DNA of 64,000 nucleotides from Eledone cirrhosa (lineage: Eukaryota). Location of the stretch: NCBI GenBank assembly GCA_964016885.1, contig OZ024741.1, positions 49,228,001 to 49,292,000 on the forward strand, read 5' to 3'. Below, in pieces: positions 26,938 to 41,118 of the stretch. Every line of letters begins with the position of its first letter. Position 1 is the stretch's first letter. Under the pieces are notes generated by a model, which searched no databases, was not told where the DNA came from, and saw only the letters and a program-made list of their open reading frames with translations. The position numbers and the translations under genes were made by a program.

Positions 26938-27331
26938 CTCCCAGGTCTCTAATAATGCCCCTCTCTCGCTTATTACATTTTCAGATTTTCCACCCTACCC
27001 TTGCTATTATTCGACCCCACCCCCACCGCTTATTAAATTTTGCTAATCTATCTCTGGCGAAATTTTATTTTAAGTGTATTCCTGCGACAATTAATTTTCT
27101 TTATACTTAAAAAATTATAATACATGACAAAAAAAGTACATTACAAGAAATCCCGTTCGTTACAAAATAAATAATATGGGTTAGGGTCTCAATATGTAAA
27201 CTAAACAACTAATTCTGGTTTTTAAATAAATCAACGGAGACACCCCACCCCACTATTCCACCCTTTTTCTTATTCCAACTCCCCCACTTATTCCAACCCC
27301 AACTTATTCATTATTATTTGGGACCTGAGAG
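26938..27331. mobile_element. TA-flanked non-autonomous DNA transposon (Tc1/mariner-type)
   Basis: Ends are TA|CTCCCAGGTCTCTAATAAT and ATTATTTGGGACCTGAGAG|TA. Confidence 0.7.
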
Positions 27332-28387
27332 TATGTAATTCCAGATATACAAAAGCACAACAAAAAAGAACCCCCCCCCCCAAAAAAAAACATGAAATAA
27401 TCATAGCTGGAATGCCTTTAGCCATAGATATGCTTGCTCAAGGCCGACCTGAGATTACTCAACACCAATTAACAAGTCACAACAAAAACACAAACAACAG
27501 AACAGAATCCAGTAGCTTCGTTGAGAACAACAGACTTGCCAACCTTTAAAATCCCAAACGAGGAGAACCATGAAAAAAAGTGCTTCCAAACAGGGAGAAA
27601 TGAGGCAAAATCGGGAGATTTTACATAATGAAAGCTATACCCAAAGTGGGTTGGAGATCTCCCCGCCTGACGTAGAGAGTTGACAGGTCTGGGACAAACA
27701 AGCTCAAATATACCACTGAATTAGGAGAATAAGCGCTACATGTCTTTTTCGCTTTAACTTCTGATTTTTTTATGGCTGATATATTTATTTGATAAAAATA
27801 AAACACACTACTAAAGGGAACACAAAAGAAAAAGAAAATGAAAAAGAGAAAAAGAAAGAAGGATGAAGCGGTGAAAGAAGGGGACACACACACACACACA
27901 CAGACACTACACCCCAGTTTGAGCGGTGTCTCAGCAGCGCCCCGAAGCCAAAACGGCAAAAGCGTTATCGCGGTGAATGGCCAGAGGCACCCGCTGAAGA
28001 AAGTACCCTACCTCACTGGGACTCCCTTCTCAAACGGACCCTTGTCTTTCCGACTTTACGGAGGAAATCAGTAGTGCGGGGACCAATGACGCCAGAAGTC
28101 TCGACAGAGACCGGTGCAAAGAGGAAGCAGTTGGTCAAGCCCGGATATTTGACATCTTGGATTTTTCACTCTGTATCAGGTTGTTGTATAGAATGATATA
28201 TTTTTAAAGAAACCTGTGACAGCAAATTCTGCCAGAGATATAAAATGACATGATAGGAATTTTGACTTGAGAGACGAAGGGACCGACATTTCTGCTTGTG
28301 GCACTTCAAAGATGGCATTTATAAACTTAACATTTCTTGTAACGAAATTTAAGATATTTCAATGAAATTTAAAAAGATAAAAAACCG

Positions 28388-28630
28388 ACAGCAGCAGAAA
28401 CATGAACAGCAGCAACAACGTCAACAACAACAACAACAGCATCGACATCATGATCATCATGATCATCATCATCATCAACAACAACAACAACAACAGCAAC
28501 AACAGTAACACCAACAACAGCAGCAACAGTAACACTGTCGACAGCAGCAACGACAACAATATCAGCAGCAGCAACAGTAACATCATCATCATCACCATCA
28601 TCATCATCCTCATCATCAACAACAACAAGC
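28388..28630. repeat. Degenerate CAN trinucleotide repeat
   Basis: Runs of CAA, CAG and CAT. Confidence 0.9.
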
Positions 28631-29236
28631 TGACATTTTCTCATCTTTTTAAAATTTGACATTACGAAATAGACCACCCACGTTAATATTTCAATAATTT
28701 TTATTGTAACATTTTATTTGGCAGGTCTCACTTCACGAAAGTTTCAGCACATCTTTTATCAGAAGCGTTTACGAAACTCCACCGGAAGTGAATTACAAGC
28801 CGGATTGTCGGACGGACATAAACACTAATCATTAACGAAAATAGTTTTTAAGATAAGTTTCACTCCATAAATTGAGAGTAATATATAGTGTAAAAAACAT
28901 TCCAGACATTTTCTCTTATCTTTCTCTCTTTTGGTTTGCTGAGTTTGAAAACAATGGCGATTACTCTTATTTTTTAAATCATCGCATTCTTTTGTTAATA
29001 CTTTATTTTTATACTGATGCAGGATAGAATAGAAACTAAAATAATGATATAAAGGTTATATAAATACATGTAGTAGATATATAGACAGATGGTATGAGAA
29101 ATATAAGGAGGATGAGCTCATAGAAAGAGATTATATAGACCTCTCCAAAAAGACAGTCGGAGTGATACGTACACACACACACAAACAGACAGAGACAAAC
29201 ATACAGACACACACACACACACACAAACAGACAGAC

Positions 29237-29307
<71 letters not shown>

Positions 29308-29637
29308 CATATCCATAGATAAAGATACACACACAAACACAAACACACACACATATATATATAAACACACACACACACACATATACGCATACATATGATG
29401 ATGGCTGCCCCCTCATTATCGAGTATGGCCATTGCACGATATAACATTATTAATAATTATTAATTAATTCTATTGTGCAATGCCTGTGCGTGAAGATATT
29501 TTTTAAAGTGAGGAAAGACTGTGCATTGAGCCAATCCCACTCTCTGAGCGACAGTAGCTATAAGCCGAAAAGAAGAAAAGATCAACATCATCAGTTACGC
29601 ATACATATACATACATACGTACATACATACATACATT

Positions 29638-29823
29638 CGAGGGTGGGCTGAAAAGGTCATAGGCTGACTATGAAGGATTGATGCTAGAGCTATGAAATCT
29701 TGCATGCATTAATTTCAACTCTTCTTACTAATACCTGCAATGTTTCTTTCCAGGACTATGTTGAAGAATAAATCTCACAAGAGAGTATTTTAGTCATACT
29801 ATGAGCTTTTCAGTCGACACTCG
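29638..29823. mobile_element. Mariner-derived MITE
   Basis: Imperfect TIRs CGAGGGTGGGCTGAAAAGGTCATAG and CTATGAGCTTTTCAGTCGACACTCG|TA. Confidence 0.7.
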
Positions 29824-30017
29824 TACATATGTACAAGAATGACTTGCAAAATACCTATCATAATCAAGGATATTTTAAATAAATGAAGCTACGCCCTTAG
29901 TAATGAGAACAATTGATTCTTAAATGACCAATACTGAATACAAAGGCAGGGAAGATAACTCCGACATTATAGTTGATTAAATATAGAAATTAGTTCAGAA
30001 GCTTGTCTTTGATCTAC

Positions 30018-30173
<156 letters not shown>

Positions 30174-30321
30174 CTTCCTTTCGAAGTCCACCCCCACTCT
30201 CCCGATGAAGGACTTATGTCCGAAACGTCGTAAACACCCGCCACTCTCACCAAGCGTAAAACTAATAAAACCAAATTCCATTTATTCCTGCGTTTGTTTG
30301 TCAATTTGATATATATATATA

Positions 30322-30392
<71 letters not shown>

Positions 30393-31016
30393 AAACATTG
30401 TTGTCTTTGATCGAGACGAAGCATGAGTATATTTGAATTCATATTAAAATGAGAAAACTCATCGCTAGAATAACCGTTAAAACTGCCAAATATATACATA
30501 CGTACATATACATATATATCTGTTAGACACGAAGTGACTAACAACAGAATGTTTTAGTCACTTTAGTGTTCTAACATATATGTGTAGATCGTCAATTGTT
30601 TTCAAGGTCTGACCGTGGCCGTGGTGATTACATGCCATTGGCTAACTTTCAACCAATCAGAGTAAGTGTTGCTCAAAAGCATCCGCCATGTTTTTTTGTT
30701 TGTTTTCCTAGTTCATTTATTTTTGTTATTTCATCGTTATATGATTTTTTAAAAATTTATATTAACTATTTTTAAAACAAATGTAATATATTGACGTTAG
30801 GGTTAGGGTTAGGCGGTCAATAGATAAGATGAAAGTCTATCGTAAAAGTTTGTACAAATAAAGAAATATATCTTTGTATCTTGTTCCTCTTTATATATTG
30901 CAATAGAGTATAGGCAGAGTTCCGATTGTAATACAAACTGCACTTTGTAAATATTTGTAAAAATAATTTTTCTAAAAACATTGTAAAAATTTGTTTCACA
31001 CGCGTTTAAAAATATT

Positions 31017-31068
<52 letters not shown>

Positions 31069-31105
31069 ACGTACATACATATATGTATACAGACGTACAG
31101 TAGCA

Positions 31106-31167
<62 letters not shown>

Positions 31168-31226
31168 CAGGTACACATACATATACTAAGAGTGAGAAAT
31201 GAAATTTCGTTTTCATTTTATTTCAA

Positions 31227-31279
<53 letters not shown>

Positions 31280-31414
31280 CGAAGGAGATGTGGTAAGGAA
31301 CCAGGTGTACCATAACGCACCAAAGTACTCAATACTTAGGGTAGTAGAGTGGGTAATAGGAACAAGTAAGACCCCGACGGCTGAGCTCAAGCCGTTTCGA
31401 CGGCTAATTCTGGA

Positions 31415-31481
<67 letters not shown>

Positions 31482-32655
31482 TGAAGTTGTCTGTCTGTCT
31501 GTCTCTCTACTAAAACGGTCGCCACACATCTAAACTTATAGATTAAGCTCCAGCGGAGAGATCGGTAAAAAAAAATTTCAAATCGAATCTGTAATATTGA
31601 TGTTTCATTTAAAATGTATAAATACAGTTGAGAGACGAGTTATTTCCCTTTAATGCAACGTGAGCAGACGATAAATCATTGAAAAGGCGCAAATTTTCAC
31701 TATTACACATTTGCATTATTGTCAGTATTAACTTTGCCTTTCATCCTTACGGGGTCGATAAAATAAAGTACCAGTAATACACTGTCACTATAAGTAGATG
31801 CCCATTCACAAACAGTATTGAAAATATGTTCTTCGACAAATAAAAATGTTTTGTTCATACTATTTCGACTAGCGCTTGTTGTTCTACTCCACGCACGACC
31901 ACCACAAATTGGTGACCAGCTCAACACAAGTATTGGTAGAGCGTCAGACACCATGCTTTGCAGCATTGTTATGGCCCTTTGCGTTCTAAGTTCAAATCAC
32001 GTCGAGGTTAACTTTGCCTTTTATCCTTACCAGTTCGATAAAATAAAGTACCAGTAATGGACTGCGGTAATGGCTTGGTGCCGAAAAATAGAAACACTAT
32101 TAATGTGCAATAAGAGCAAAATCTCACGACATTGCTCAATTATTTTATCTAATGTTGCAACAATACAGGGAAATGTAGTTTGTGTATTTTTAAAAATATT
32201 TGCTCATAGGCTTTTCCAATTTCGCTCAGCCAACAACTATTAAAAAGAGAGTTGCTTAAGATAACAATTTAATCACAAATTGTTGTTATCTTTTAATACA
32301 CTCCAAAAAGTCATCAAATTATGTGCAATAAGAACAAATCTCATTAATTTGCTCAGGGAATAAAGAAAATTTATATAGACTGATAATTGCAATTGTATGT
32401 AAATATTTTATTTTTATATTGTTTATTTATCTTATGTTTTCTATTATGTATAATATATTGATTTAATATTGATTGTTTTTTGTTGTTATTTATATTAAAA
32501 GTCTGAAAATATTTTTATACATCTTACACTAATATTTATAAGATCATTTATAATAACAATTATACAACCTAATTACATTACAACGATAATTTATTATTAA
32601 TATATATCATGTTTAACTAGAGTTATTACAAGCGTTGCCTTAAAAAAAATATTAA

Positions 32656-33020
32656 ACTAGACCTGAAAAATGCGAAAGCTCAAAAAAGCCACAGAATGTT
32701 ATAATAAACCTTCAAAAGTGTGGGACTAGAGTTGTTACTCAAAAATATTGTAATCATTATCTATCGTACATTCTGTGGCATCCTTTATAAAAATATCACA
32801 ATAAATACATCTATGTTTAATGTAATAACAGCTATAAATAATTACGTAATATTATTAAACATAGATGTATTTATTGTGATATTTTTTATAAAGGATGCCA
32901 CAGAATGTACGATAGATAATGATTACAATATTTTTGAGTAACAACTCTAGTCCCACACTTTTGAAGGTTTATTATAACATTCTGTGGCTCTTTTGAGCTT
33001 GCGCATTTTTCATGTCTAGT
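32656..33020. repeat. ~165-bp inverted repeat bounded by ACTAG/CTAGT
   Basis: Arms 32656-32821 and 32854-33020 have few mismatches and a ~32-bp spacer. Confidence 0.9.
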
Positions 33021-33028
33021 ATATATAT

Positions 33029-34617
33029 GAAACACAAATTTTAATTTTGAAGACCAATACAATGAGTTATGAAGATTGTTAAATTGTCAAGATAACAAAA
33101 GAATTTTACCGTAGCAAATTTATCGATCCCAAATATTTAAAAACCCATTATCAAGGGAGTAACCCTACAAGATTGGATAGGCTTGTTTGTATGGGAGCAG
33201 ATTTAAGTGAAATGAAATGAAAAGACGCTAAAATTTCGAACGTGCGCGCTATGAAATGTATGATATATGTATAATATATGCATGTGTGTGCGTGAATGTT
33301 TGTATGTTTATGTAGTGAAAGATGTGTGCCAATAAGTATATAATAAAATGGGAAAATATGTGTGTGATATATGAATGTGTGTGTGAGTCTAAGTGTGTTT
33401 GTCTAGTGAGGACATATATTTAATTTGAAAGAAAGAATGAAACTGGCCGTTATGATGTTGGAATCCAGGCTTTTAAATTCGCCATTCTGGTGTACTTCTT
33501 TCCATTCGATTATTGATCCTGGGTTTTAATTGCTTGATTAAGAGGGCTACCTTAATTCTCAGCGTGCCTATACTGCGTTCAGTAGATAAGATTATGGTAT
33601 AATGTTGTCCCGGTTCCCACATTTGATGATGTGTTTGCGGAAGGAAGAGGTGTTGGTGTTAACATGCTCTTTAATACAGAGATGTAACGGTCGAATAGCG
33701 CTACCTATGTAAAATAGATTGCACTTGTTACATTATAGCCTGTATACTACGTAAGTATGTAGGCAACGATTAGTGTTGCGGATAGGGCAATTAGCTAGGG
33801 TGCATCCGTTATCCTCGTTGGGGGGTTGTCTTGTGGAGAGGCATCTTCGCAGGGAAGGTCCAAAGTGAGCTAGTTTGATATTGAGGCCCTCTCTTCCGAA
33901 GGCTTTGGTATGGCGTTGGTGGTTTCCTCGCTGAGATGTGGAATCTTGAAGAAGCAACTGTTGTTTGTGTTGGTCCGGTCTCTGGGTCTGGGGCTCCGTC
34001 GTGGGGTAGAGAAGGAAGCTGGGTAGCCATTAATCTCTAGTACCTTAGGGAATCGTCTGATATGGGTGGCTCTATAAACAGCATCGCTGCATCGGTTGTA
34101 TATGCGAGACATTTCGTTGAAGATGGGGAGGGCAGATTTGTAATGAACAAACAGATCTCTGTTGGCTGCTTTGCGGTAGAAATCGGTGTAAATTTCACCA
34201 CTATCAGAGATGTTCCGCCTGAAATCAAGAAGAGCAAGGGACCCGGAGTCGGTAGGATGTTCGATGGTGAACTTGATGTTATTGTCAGCACTGTTGAAAG
34301 ATTCGAAAATCTTGTTGGCATTCTCCTTGGTGGATGTGAGGATGAGTATATCATTCACATATCTAGTGAAGAAAGCGCAGGTGCCGCAGGAGCTGAGTAC
34401 TCGGCGTTCAAGTCAGTTCTTATATGAAATGGCCGGTAAACCCCTTGATAATGGGTTTTTAAACCCGAAAATATTTTGGATCGTTAAATTTGCTAACGTA
34501 AGATTCTTTTGTTATCTTAGCAATTTAACAATCTTCATAACGCATTGTGTTGGTCTTCAAAATTTAAATTTGTGTTTCCTATTAAACAATGCTTCAAGCA
34601 AGCTACAAAGCTCTGAT
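33029..34617 (-). mobile_element. 5'-truncated Penelope-like element (RT C-half and GIY-YIG endonuclease) with inverted pLTR copy
   Basis: The minus strand reads YMNDILILTSTKENANKIFESFNSADNNIKFTIEHPTDSGSLALLDF, CTLANCPIRNTNRC and VVYRL*CNKCNLFYIGSAIRPLHLCIKEH. Segment 33029-33160 is an inverted match to 34435-34578. Confidence 0.9.
34441..34480 (+). ncRNA. U3-A8 hammerhead motif in a PLE pLTR
   Basis: CCCC-TTGATAA-T-GGGTTT(TT)AAACCC-GAAA-ATAT-TT-TGGA. The partner copy at 33127-33158(-) keeps stem I as TCCC/GGGA but has an internal deletion. Confidence 0.65.
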
Positions 34618-34712
34618 ATATATATATGTGTAGGACTGCTTCTTATGAGCCCTATATATAAATATATATATATATATATAAGTCTAAAGACTGTCTTAAG
34701 CCAGACGGCTCA

Positions 34713-34883
34713 TTTGGCCGGTGCTTATCCCGGTTTCATGGCTGAGAGTACAAGACTCCCTCCTGCACAGGACGCCAGTGTGCATCGCAGGGTTAAACCC
34801 CCAGCTATTGCTGGTACTCATTTTCAGCTGAGTATACTGGAGCAACATGAAATGAAGTGTTTTACCCAAGAACACAACACGCA
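34713..34883 (-). mobile_element. SINE fragment of another family (V-domain-like block)
   Basis: The reverse complement contains TTGTGTTCTTGGGTAAAACACTT, AACCCTGCGATGCACACTGGCGTCCTGTGCAGG and GAAACCGGGATAAGC, blocks typical of tRNA-SINE bodies. Confidence 0.55.
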
Positions 34884-35005
34884 ACCCTTACCACTAACCT
34901 ACGTGCCTCCACACACACACACACGCTCACACACACTCACACACATACTCACACACACACACACACACTCATATATATATATATATATATTTATTTATTA
35001 TTACA

Positions 35006-35036
<31 letters not shown>

Positions 35037-35066
35037 ATAAATATATATATATATTTATTTATTATT

Positions 35067-35109
<43 letters not shown>

Positions 35110-35144
35110 TTATTATTACAATATATATATATTTATATATTATA

Positions 35145-36028
35145 TTAAAGAGTTAAACAAGATTCAATGATTACATCAAAGAATGAGTTTTACAGTAGAT
35201 TGGAAGCACTCTACGGTTAAATATTTTCCAGAGTTATTAATATTAAAATTCAAATATTAATAAAATAGATGTTCTTGCGATCAATTAAATTTTATTATAC
35301 ATATTTCAGAGGTACTTGAATCAGGTTCAACAGTACGTCCTCATCAGATAAAATAAAATGATACATGACATACCCTGAGATGTTAGATGGTTAAGATTTA
35401 ATCAAGGTAGTGATTAACTTATGAGAAAACTCAGCATTTATACCCTAATAATGAGAACATGCGAAAACGTAATAGAATCAATAGAGAAGGTATGAGTAAG
35501 AAAAACATTGCTTCAATGTAACAGTTATAGAGTTTTTTAAAATCTAGGATACTACAATTAGGATTATAGAAGAAGACGTCTCTGGAGTTATAATTTTATT
35601 AAAGTTATTGACTTGAGAAAGCAACTGATAAATAATTAAAGATAGGGAGAGATAAAGGGGAGTAATTTATGCAAACATTTTCACATATAGACTTAGCGGT
35701 AAAATTTCAAAATATTTAATTTATGTTATTTTAGGGTGAAGAATCAAAATTTTAGGTTTTAAAAGTTGATGGTCATTTATATTAATTTTATAAATTTTAT
35801 AAATGTGTTACATTTCTAAAATTATAAGTTTTATCAAAACAAATTTAAAGGATTTACTAGGCCCGCGAAAGAAAAATATATACTGTTCAATATTCACATA
35901 AAGGTAATCTTTAACAAAGATTATACTCAAACGTACTGTTGAACCTGATTCAAGTACCCCTGAAATATGTATGATAAAATTTAATTGATCACAAGAACAT
36001 CTATTTTATTAATATTTGAATTTTAATA
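35145..36028 (-). mobile_element. Non-coding PLE-like element with a family B hammerhead and an inverted partial copy
   Basis: The HHR at 35288-35354(-) reads ATTTTAT-CTGATGA-GGAC...CTCT-GAAA-TATGTA-T-A-ATAAAAT. Segment 35240-35338 is repeated in inverted form at 35931-36028. TA-rich tracts flank both sides. Confidence 0.7.
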
Positions 36029-36218
36029 TATATATATTATATATATATATACCCTCGGAACTCTCTTCCTACCCACTGTTCTCCTGATGAAGGGCTTATG
36101 CCCCAAACGCCCCTCCCCACTCCCAAGCGTGAAACTAAAAACCATATCATTTGTACTGCCTTTGTACTGCCTCTCTGTTTTTTGTTCTCTGTCCACTTAT
36201 TAAACTATATATATATAT

Positions 36219-39200
36219 AGTAGAGAAAGTTGTTAAAAGAATGAGATGGAAAGCTTTGATTCTCGATGGACACTTTAACACGGACTCTACGGAACATTTT
36301 GATATCAAAACTCATAAATACCCGCAAAGAGTAAAAGATATGACCGCTTTTGAACTAGACTTAGTTAATCTAATCAACAATATCAATTTTCGTAAGTACT
36401 CTAGCCCTTTTCAATCTAAACTATCTAATAATATTTCAATATTCAAATCTTCTAAAAATAAGTTCATTTTCTCCGACAAAACTAAAAACTTATACGAAGT
36501 TAATAATAATTTACATGACCAACTCTTAATAGATAACATCACCTCTAAATACCAAATAGCTAATATAAACACCTATAATAATATAAATAATGAAGCTAAA
36601 GAATTAGCTAGTTCTTTAAAAATAGATAATAGGACAGAAAAACTTGCTAAACGTAATGCATATATCACCCTTAAAGATCACAAACCTGACTTTATTAATC
36701 GTCCTAGTTGTAGATTAATCAACCCTGCTAAGACTGATATCGGTCTTGCCAGCAAAAAAATTTTTAATAATATAAACACAGATTAGAAGTAAGTCTGAAT
36801 TACTCCAATGGATAAATAGCGCTTCCGTAGTACATTGGTTTAATAATATAAAAGATAAAAATAGTTCTAGATTCACCCAATTTGACATTGTAGATTTCTA
36901 CCCGTCTATCACTCAGACTCTTTTAGCGAAAGCCTTAAATTTCGCTAGAAAGTTTACCAATATTTCTGATATTGAAGAGAATGTCATCTTGGATGCTAGA
37001 AACACTCTACTCTTTACTGATAATGACACTTGGGTAAAAATATCTAACCCAGAGAACCCATTCGATGTCTCAATGGGATCTTTTGACAGTGCTTGTGATT
37101 TAGTCGGCCTATTCCTCCTACACACACTTAAAGAAAAATTCCCAAACCATATTTTTGGGCTTTATCGCGACGATGGTCTAATACTTTCCCATACCACCAT
37201 AGGCCATAACTTAGATAGACTAAGGAAAGACTTAATAAAAACCTTCGCTAGTTTTAATCTTAAAATTACTATTGACACTAACCTTTCCAATGTTAATTTT
37301 CTAGATATAAACCTAGATTTGCCTACTGCTTCTTATAAACCATAAACCTAATGAAAATTTAAAATATATAAATAAAGGCTCTTGCCATCCTCCTATAGTT
37401 TTTAAAAACCTTTTCCCTAATATTAGCCGTAGGATCTCCACCCTCTCTTCCTCAGAAGCTATTTTCAATAAGGCATCCATCCCCCTACTATAATAAAGCA
37501 CTTCAAAACAGCGGATTTAGCGAACCGATTAAGTACATACCCAACAATACTAACTCTTTTAAACATAATAATAGGAAAAGAAAAATAATCTGGTTCCCCC
37601 CCCCTACTCTAGCAGTTAAAACTAATGTAGGCAAAAAATTACTAGAGCTCTTGGATAAACATTTCCCTAGAACACATAGATACTATAAGATCTTCAATAG
37701 AAACTGTGTCAAAATTAGCTAATCCTGCGGTCCCCCTATTAAATCTTATATCATCAATAAGAAATCACCCAGAGAACATCAAAATTGCTCCTGTAGAGTC
37801 AAAAGTGAATGCCCATTACAAGGTAAATGCAACACCAAAGCCATTGTATATGCGGCTAAAGTGACAACCATCAGCAACAACCAACCAGCCACCAGCGAAC
37901 GATATGTGGGTATGACACAAGACAAATTCAAAACGCGTTATTACTCACATGTCGCATCTTTCCGACATCCAGAAAAAAGATTCACAACAGCTCTGGCTAG
38001 CAGAATATGGGATTGAAAGACCAAGGTATCCAATATAAATTGGATTGGTCACTTTTGAACCAATCTAAAGAATATGCAAGAGGAACAAGAAGATGAACAC
38101 TCTGCATAAGTGAAAAATATTGGATTTTACAGAACCTTAAATCACCAAAAACCTGCCTAAATACAAAAACAGAAATGTTCACCAGTTGCCCACACATGAA
38201 ATCACACTTGCTTTCCAGCTCATATAAACTTAACTCACTTTCAGATACTTATCCTCCATAAACTCTTATTCTTCACTTTCCTTAAATTATCCTCTTTACA
38301 GATTTCTCTTTCTGATTTACTTTCATTTTTAACTTTATTTTTAATTTTATTTTTATTTTTACTTAACATCCACCAGTAACCCCCCCCCCCTACTTTTCGA
38401 TTCACTTACCTAATATCTTCACATTCCACATTTTACTTCCCCATTTTCTTTCACTACCTGATATGACTTGTCACTTGCGTTTTCCACTCCAGATATATTC
38501 TGTTGTTTCGCAGCCGATTTTATATTTGTACTCATTTATTCATATGGCTGATTTATAATCTGTATCTATGTGTCTGAGTGTGCTTATGTGTGTATACGTT
38601 CTGTATATGTATACGAACGCCTCCGTGTGTGTGCGTGCGTACGTATATATATGTGTGCGTATGTGTGTTTTTATATCTATGTTTTTTATATCTGTTTTTT
38701 ACATTCTTATTTTTACGTGTGTGTGTGTATGCGGGTGAATGTATGTGTATGTGTATGTATATGTGTATATATGTATATGTATGTATGGGTGTGTATGTAT
38801 ATGTGAATATATATATATAGTCGCGTACGTACTGTGATTAGATATACATGGGGCGATATATATATATATATACGTGCCCCGTGTGTATGTATGTACGCAT
38901 GCATGCGCTTTTGTCTGTACGTATTTGTGTGTATAAATATATATATATATTTTTATATATATATATATATGTGTGTATGTACGTGCGTACCTATGTTTGT
39001 TTTCTTTTCTCTAGTGTTAATGGATTACTTTCTCTTTGATTTAAACATTTTTCATTCTCATATATTGTTTCATTTTTATACATATATCGAGAATGACACT
39101 TCTTTTTACTATTACACTCCCTTCCCTCTTTATCTTCCGCATATAAGTGACCGCGCGTGTATGTGTGTTTATACGCGTGCTTTCATACTCGTATGTGTAT

Positions 39201-39692
39201 TTAATACCTGTATCTGGATGCGTGTCAACTATATTATCATACATTTTCTTTTTCAACTCATATTATATACGTATTTGTGGTCACATATACACAAATATAC
39301 TTGCCCTCACATATGTACTTACGCACACATTTTCACCATACACATGCATTTGTACATACACACATATGTACATTTGTGAGTGTATATACATACATATACA
39401 CATACCATAACTATATTTCCTTATAATTTTTTATATATCTCTTTCATTACTTTTATTTATATATTTTTTGCATTTCTTGAGGAGACTTTCCAAATATTTC
39501 ACTATGTTTTAAATTGCCTTGTCCGACGAACGAATGAGGACGTTTTTCGTATTCGTCTTATTCGGGAAACCTCTGGTAATGAGGTAATTATATTGTATTG
39601 TTTATTATACATTAAATTTCGGTCTGGTACTTACATAGAGCACTCTTCACTCCTATGATTTTTTCAATTTTCAACGGAAACTTCAATACTTA
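36219..39692 (+). mobile_element. Naiad-type Penelope-like retroelement, decayed (RT and GIY-YIG coding ~36220-38235, then 3' UTR/pLTR)
   Basis: Motifs in order: KRMRWKA, YITLKDHKPDF, CRLINPAK, FDIVDFYPSI, FDVSMGSFD, GLYRDDGL, VNFLDI, RKRKIIWF, KIFNRN.VKIS, CSCRVKSECPLQGKC, IVY...YVG, R*TLCISEKYWI and LNTKTEMFTSCPH. There are at least 4 frameshifts and 2 stops. Both ends abut (TA)n. Confidence 0.92.
39512..39589 (+). ncRNA. Type I hammerhead motif (U4C variant) at the Naiad 3' end
   Basis: AATTGCCTTGT-CCGACGA-A-CGAATGAGGACG...CGTCTTATTCG-G-GAAA-CC(TCT)GG-T-A-ATGAGGTAATT, with an 11-bp stem I including GU pairs. Confidence 0.75.
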
Positions 39693-40183
39693 TATATATA
39701 TATATATATATAATATTTTAGAATCGGCGAGCGGGTTTGAAATTATTATAAATGTAAGCTATCGCCGTATATATATATATATATAATATATATATATATA
39801 TGTATGTATATATGTATTGTATATATTATGCCAATATATATATATAGTGTATATCTTATGTCCAGATATATATCGTTATAGTGGAGGTATGTACACTTTG
39901 ATAATTTTATTAACCTGTATTAATCTGTATTTACCGCTCCATCCGTAGTTTTTATGTGCTTTACCAGGGTAGAATTTTATCCCCTATTATCTGACATAAT
40001 TTATTATGTACCTTCTCTGATTGTTATGATTTATAAAGAACTCGGTCTTTCTTCCTATATATATGGGAAAATGTTCAAGACCCCGACGGCAGAGCTGAAG
40101 CCGTTTCGGAGGCTATTTCTGGACTAAGTATTGAGTACTCTGGTGCGTTATGGTCCATCTGGTTCCTTACCACACTTCCTTCG

Positions 40184-40271
<88 letters not shown>

Positions 40272-40278
<7 letters not shown>

Positions 40279-41118
40279 ATGTTTGAAAAGGTAACACACT
40301 AGAGAGAGATAGTGCGCCATCAATAAAACAGGGAAAAACCGCCAGTGTATGGAATCTATAACCTATGAAAGGCAGGGTAGACACACGGTAATTAAAAATA
40401 TAAATTAAAGTGTATATACAAACCTCTATAACTATATAACACACGCACAAATCCAAAGAGATCTGTTTCGCCAATAATTTGTTGACAGAAATAAATAGCC
40501 CATGGTTCATCAGCGTGTGTAAGGCTATACATTCCAGACAACTCTAAGAGAATTTAAAGCGATCGTCCCGCTACACGTGGGAGAGAGAAGTCACAGCGTG
40601 TTTAGGGCAGGGAACCAGTGGTGTCTGAGGGACGAGCTGCTAGAAAGGGCAGCCCAAAACCACTCAGAAGAGTGTGCTCAACCAAACAGAGAGAGAGGAA
40701 AGACTGTTATAAGGAGCGAAATATCACGATAAATTAACGGAGCCATAGACTCTCGCTATTCCCTGTCAATAATGTGCTCAAAGGAGACGGAATCCTGAGC
40801 TCTTTAAAATACAATATGTTGAAAAGGTAACACACCAGAGAAAGAGATAGTGCACTATCAATCAAGCAGGGAGAAACCACCAGTGTATGGAATCTATACA
40901 TATGAAAGGCAGGGTAGACACACGGTAATTAAAAATATGCCTTTCATAGGTTATAGATTCCATAGACTGGTGGTTTTTCCCTGTTTTTTGATGGCGCACT
41001 ATCTCTCTCTAGTGTATTACCTTTTCAACATATTGTATTTTAAAGAGCTCAGGATTCCTTCTCCTTTGAACACATTATTGACAGGGAATAACGAGAGTCT
41101 ATGGCTCCGTTTATCTAT

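Noticed and set aside
30796-30813. Telomeric TTAGGG repeats
   Set aside because: Fewer than three full units, with no sign of a chromosome end or fusion.
34210-35040. 276-aa plus-strand ORF
   Set aside because: It is a chance read-through of antisense PLE RT, pLTR, a SINE fragment and microsatellites.
38230-38560. SECIS element downstream of the Naiad ORF
   Set aside because: ATGA at ~38463 lacks a correctly spaced AA loop and a paired GA quartet by eye.
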